DNA of 50,063 nucleotides, the filler included, from Sphacelaria rigidula (lineage: Eukaryota), in the NCBI GenBank assembly GCA_964200075.2. It is 3 parts of 3 records of this genome, joined end to end, with 100 filler letters (N's around TTAATTAATTAA, not from the genome) between each part and the next. Parts side by side here need not be neighbours in the genome. Positions count along the whole stretch, not along the records: positions 33,444 to 50,063 come from CAXNAA020001299.1; 2 more parts are not named here. The stretch is one strand, 5' to 3'. The notes beneath the pieces were generated by a model. It saw only the letters and a program-made list of their open reading frames with translations, was not told where the DNA came from and did not search any database. How positions within the stretch are numbered: the first letter of the stretch is position 1; every line of letters starts with the position of its first letter. A program made the translations under genes and the position numbers. Positions 47,501 through 50,063 of this stretch are shown one piece after another.

Positions 47501-49815
47501 GCGCAAGACCATACTTCGGAACAACACTGCGGGCTGACATGTCCAAGATATGGAGGTGATACATGAACCATACTGAAAATAGATGAAAAGTCTTGCACCA
47601 ATCTTTAGATCTGTCTTACGGTGAGCACAAACCAACATATCGTGCTTACGCGAGATTCAACAACATGTCTTTCATGCACGTCTACATCAAATTTGCCGGA
47701 CGGTGGTGCTGGTGTGCCGATGCAGTCGCGGGCTCTTGTGTGTGATATCAACGCTTCAAGGAAAGTCTACAGTGAGGACTGCCGAGAGACTGTGCGATAG
47801 TATCAATTAATCATCAATCAGTATGGCACAGTACATAATGATGTGGGCTCGTGGTTGGTGTGTTGTCGTCCTATTTATTCTGGACGTCGGTCTACACCTT
47901 TCGGTATATGTGAGCGCCCCAGCCGGGGTCACACAAGAGGAAGGCGAACACAGGAGTTTGTTTCCTTTACATTGATTTGTAGTTCTCGGCCCTCGTTATG
48001 CGGTGCTTGTCTTCATTTATCTTTTATCGCGAGAGGGGTTCAGCGGTCCCTTTCCCTCGTCGACCGTCGAGTCAAATTTTCTGTACCCACAACGTAGTCG
48101 CTCTTCACTGTTGGGCATTGTGTGAGAAAAAATCCCAGATCGCTCCGAGACTCGAACCTACGACCCAACCGTCACAGTGTTTCGAGGTCACCAACTGAGT
48201 CACCGGGGCGACCGCCATTCCTCGTTGGTGCAGCCATGCTAGTGGCTGACTACATGGCTTGTGGCTGCCTGCATGGCTCACGGTCGAACGACTTGATCGA
48301 CAAATGCTGTGTTGATAGCATCCTTGAGAATATGACGAACGAAGAACACCCAACTACCCGAGACGTGGCTGCACCACACTTAGAAAGTCACAGCTATTGC
48401 CTTGGAGGGGGCTGCAGCTGTGATTATGGAGCCATGGATAATATGTATTTTTCCGCCATTTTCCATGGAAATAGATGTCGTAATTCTGACTTACGAGTGA
48501 GAGAAAAGCATTTCCGACATATTATATGTATACATATGTGTGTAAAACCTAACATGGATCTTTTGGTGAAACAATGGGCAGAAGCTGGTTATTGTCACTG
48601 TTGAAAATACCTTGGGTGACGTACGACATGGAAATGGTCGTTGATGAGATGATGGTTCGACGATGAATGTTCGAGTGTTATGGTCACCAGGATATCGAAG
48701 AGGGACATGATCCTGATGTGGTTGAAGGGTTCTTCCTGGGTCAACGTGAAGTTGGTGACGATTGTTTGAGGTATGACAATTGTACGGGCCCTTCAGCTGC
48801 AGCTGGTATGAGCGAGCCCCCCACCCAAGGCACTATTTTTCTTCGGCAAACATTGTAGAGTAAAAACTAATCAAGATCTTTCATTAGGGTTTGCGGTTCA
48901 ACCCCAGTTGTCACTTTTGGATGCGAGAGAGTGATCGTCCGCCGAACGAGTCTACCGTGTATCTTTTTTATATTTTTCTGATCTGATTCAAGTTGAGCTG
49001 TTCAACACAGGTGCACACAGGAATCGAGAACACGCTTGATCTGACTTGCTGAGAACAAGGACGATCACGAACGCCTCGTGTTGAGAGGTATTGTATCTTC
49101 CTACACAGCGGTGTTCGAAGGTATATGCACACCGCTCGCCATGTTTGCACTACCCTTTATCCCGCAACAGGAAGTATTGAACAACGCACGGAACAACGCC
49201 ACAGTCAGCATCAAATAACGGGGGATACTCCCACACTCTGATCCATATGAACGCGAGTTGCTCTTGGAAACTTTGCGGCAGGCAGTGTGGTGCAAATAGT
49301 TTCCGGCCCCAGAGGTCTTCGTGAGGGTTTCTTGCAAGCGTTCGCCCCGAAGGGACTACGTCAACATGATCACGTACAAGGTCATCGGCACAAACTTTGA
49401 CAGTACCAGTTCCCACCATCGCATGAAACAGCAGGTCAAGTTCGCCTGGATCCAGAAAAAAACACTGCATTACTGATCCCACTCGCACCAAACAGCTCAT
49501 TCCTCACCTCAGAACAAAACTAGCAGCATCAGCTAGAGGTGACGATGACGAAGAGGAGCCCGCGTTAGCCTCCACGACATCCTCTTCCCCACCAGGTCCT
49601 TTCTCATTACCCATGCGGCCGTCACCAATACTCCCAGGTCGATTCCCATTGCCAAACCGTCCCACTTTCCCCCAACGCCCGGCCGCCCCCTTATGCAACG
49701 CCTCGTGACCCGTTTCCGAGCGCGATACGTCCGATTCAGATATGAGGAACGCGATCATGGCGGTGGCCTGATAACTCAGCGGTGGGCCTTGGGGCAAGGC
49801 TAACCGCGCTATTAC
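34086..49815 (-). CDS. neurobeachin/LRBA/NBEAL-like BEACH-family protein, N-terminal and middle part (gene-level span; PH-BEACH-WD40 end not in the contig)
   Basis: Family motifs recalled from neurobeachin-like proteins: SERAK-ARLGSTLGYDVL; ConA-like lectin domain FFHMDGGIASGL...GYSLSMWMR...GRWQYLIVTH...ITVYVDGE...FNGQIATVALVEGAW...GP; TTPLHVAVQAAGGFRLCLPFL; LELMSSSHVDTRVSAIKLL. Eleven phase-compatible exons from 47387 to 34086. Confidence 0.88.
36259..36548 (-). CDS. exon of BEACH-family gene (IRKGEDG...FEKLGGFAAMCRQL...SWLR)
   Basis: gccatcag| acceptor and AG|gtgtgt donor, phase 0-2. Confidence 0.82.
36986..37074 (-). CDS. exon of BEACH-family gene (GQFFVPLELMSSSHVDTRVSAIKLLSLML); missed by the ORF track
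   Basis: ccttctgcag| acceptor (phase 1) and CTT|gtaagt donor. Resembles the neurobeachin 'KLL.S..E.IRV.ALK.L' helix. Confidence 0.8.
37430..37607 (-). CDS. exon of BEACH-family gene (EDSWGKRR...VLDLLVQLC...AFPG)
   Basis: gtgaacag| acceptor and G|gtgatt donor, phase 0-1. Confidence 0.75.
38188..38334 (-). CDS. exon of BEACH-family gene (DPTAAVA...HIAILVGFVLRCHL...NTGQ)
   Basis: gtactag| acceptor and CAG|gtgcgc donor, 147 nt, phase 0-0. Confidence 0.7.
38912..39256 (-). CDS. exon of BEACH-family gene (VWRRAFTEAGALAPLLYLL...AIRMLQVLIAG)
   Basis: ccgcgcag| acceptor. The donor is either CAG|gcgagg (38912) or GCT|gtacga (38924), both phase 0. Confidence 0.75.
39499..39582. repeat. degenerate (AGAC/AAAC)n intronic microsatellite
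   Basis: gacagacagacagaaaaaaagacaaacagacagac... read directly. Confidence 0.85.
39681..39983 (-). CDS. exon of BEACH-family gene (LSMDSFDTLFDLM...SAGIQ)
   Basis: acgtgcag| acceptor and CAG|gtgtgc donor, 303 nt, phase 0-0. Confidence 0.82.
40542..40670 (-). CDS. exon of BEACH-family gene (VAALRVLAGLL...DGFNVLYHAL...QQ)
   Basis: taccatag| acceptor and CAG|gtattg donor, 129 nt. Confidence 0.82.
40878..43748 (-). CDS. 2.87-kb exon of BEACH-family gene containing the concanavalin A-like (laminin G-like) domain
   Basis: attcgccag| acceptor and CAG|gtatgt donor, 957 open codons, with the ConA-like motifs listed above. A cryptic in-frame intron near the 5' end cannot be excluded. Confidence 0.88.
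43966..44163 (-). CDS. exon of BEACH-family gene (VVGRLAGD...LADLVAGSERAK)
   Basis: ttgcacag| acceptor and AAG|gtgaga donor, 198 nt. Confidence 0.85.
44539..44775 (-). CDS. exon of BEACH-family gene (TRDRTHMKLALLNELRLAV...ANMK)
   Basis: cctcccaacag| acceptor and AAG|gtacat donor, 237 nt. Confidence 0.78.
45194..47387 (-). CDS. 2.19-kb exon of BEACH-family gene: ARM-like helices plus B-box-like zinc finger
   Basis: Lies within the 828-aa ORF, with tcgttgcag| acceptor and CAG|gtcagt donor. Repeated 'F..LGGF..L' helices and HCSSCG...CLVVGC...LCRVCDAHSH...HVRVPV. Confidence 0.85.
47846..48209 (-). mobile_element. tRNA-derived SINE, apparently near full length
   Basis: GCCCCGGTGACTCAGTTGGTGACC (A box) ... 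GTAGGTTCGAGTCTC (B box). Body homologous to 13255-13442. The 3' boundary is approximate. Confidence 0.7.
49508..49815 (-). CDS. probable upstream exon of BEACH-family gene (VIARLALPQGPPLSYQATAMIAFLISES...ASFVLR)
   Basis: tttctactcag| acceptor and AG|gtgagg donor. Intervening small exons between 47388 and 49507 are unresolved. Confidence 0.65.
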
Positions 49816-49994
49816 CTGAGTAGAAACAGAAACGCCATAGCAAGAGTTTGCACGTAAGTCTACATCGCAGGGTGGTCGTGTATGTACCAAGCTTTTTCCA
49901 CAGGTCAGGCCATCGCAGCCAGTATCAGCAGCTGACAGCCCACACCGGAATGAGCAATATCATAGAAGTATGACATGCCCGAGCTGCTTTCAAG

Positions 49995-50063
<69 letters not shown>
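49995..50063. repeat. (ATT)n microsatellite at contig end
   Basis: Perfect ATT run to the end of the window. Confidence 0.95.

Noticed and set aside
49150..49500. 116-aa ORF as the next BEACH exon
   Set aside because: Its obvious acceptor is phase 1, whereas the upstream exon ends in phase 2, and the intron would be only ~60 nt. Left unresolved.

Overview
This is eukaryotic nuclear DNA, most consistent with a brown alga (Phaeophyceae, Ectocarpus-like). The evidence is GT-AG intron-rich genes, a bipartite plastid-targeting presequence, (TTAGGG)n repeats and repeat-filled introns. It is not one locus: three contigs of 16,622, 16,621 and 16,620 bp (1-16622, 16723-33343, 33444-50063) are joined by identical artificial 100-nt linkers (N44-TTAATTAATTAA-N44). 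Contig A carries the 3' end of an unrecognised minus-strand multi-exon gene. Its introns hold hAT-type non-autonomous elements with 8-bp TSDs, a tRNA-derived SINE head and an interstitial telomeric repeat, and further hAT and SINE copies lie upstream of the mapped exons. Contig B carries the first three exons of a plastid-targeted DUF1995-like gene. Its 13.2-kb second intron is packed with a decayed LINE reverse transcriptase, MITEs, minisatellites and a BED-finger transposase remnant. Contig C carries the N-terminal/middle part of a very large neurobeachin/LRBA/NBEAL-like (BEACH family) gene, which includes an unexpected B-box-type zinc finger. I found no CRISPR array, rRNA, intact tRNA, prokaryotic operon or clear viral insert. 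Most short ORFs in the supplied track are spurious. All gene models were spliced by eye from splice signals and phase agreement, and no database searches were run.
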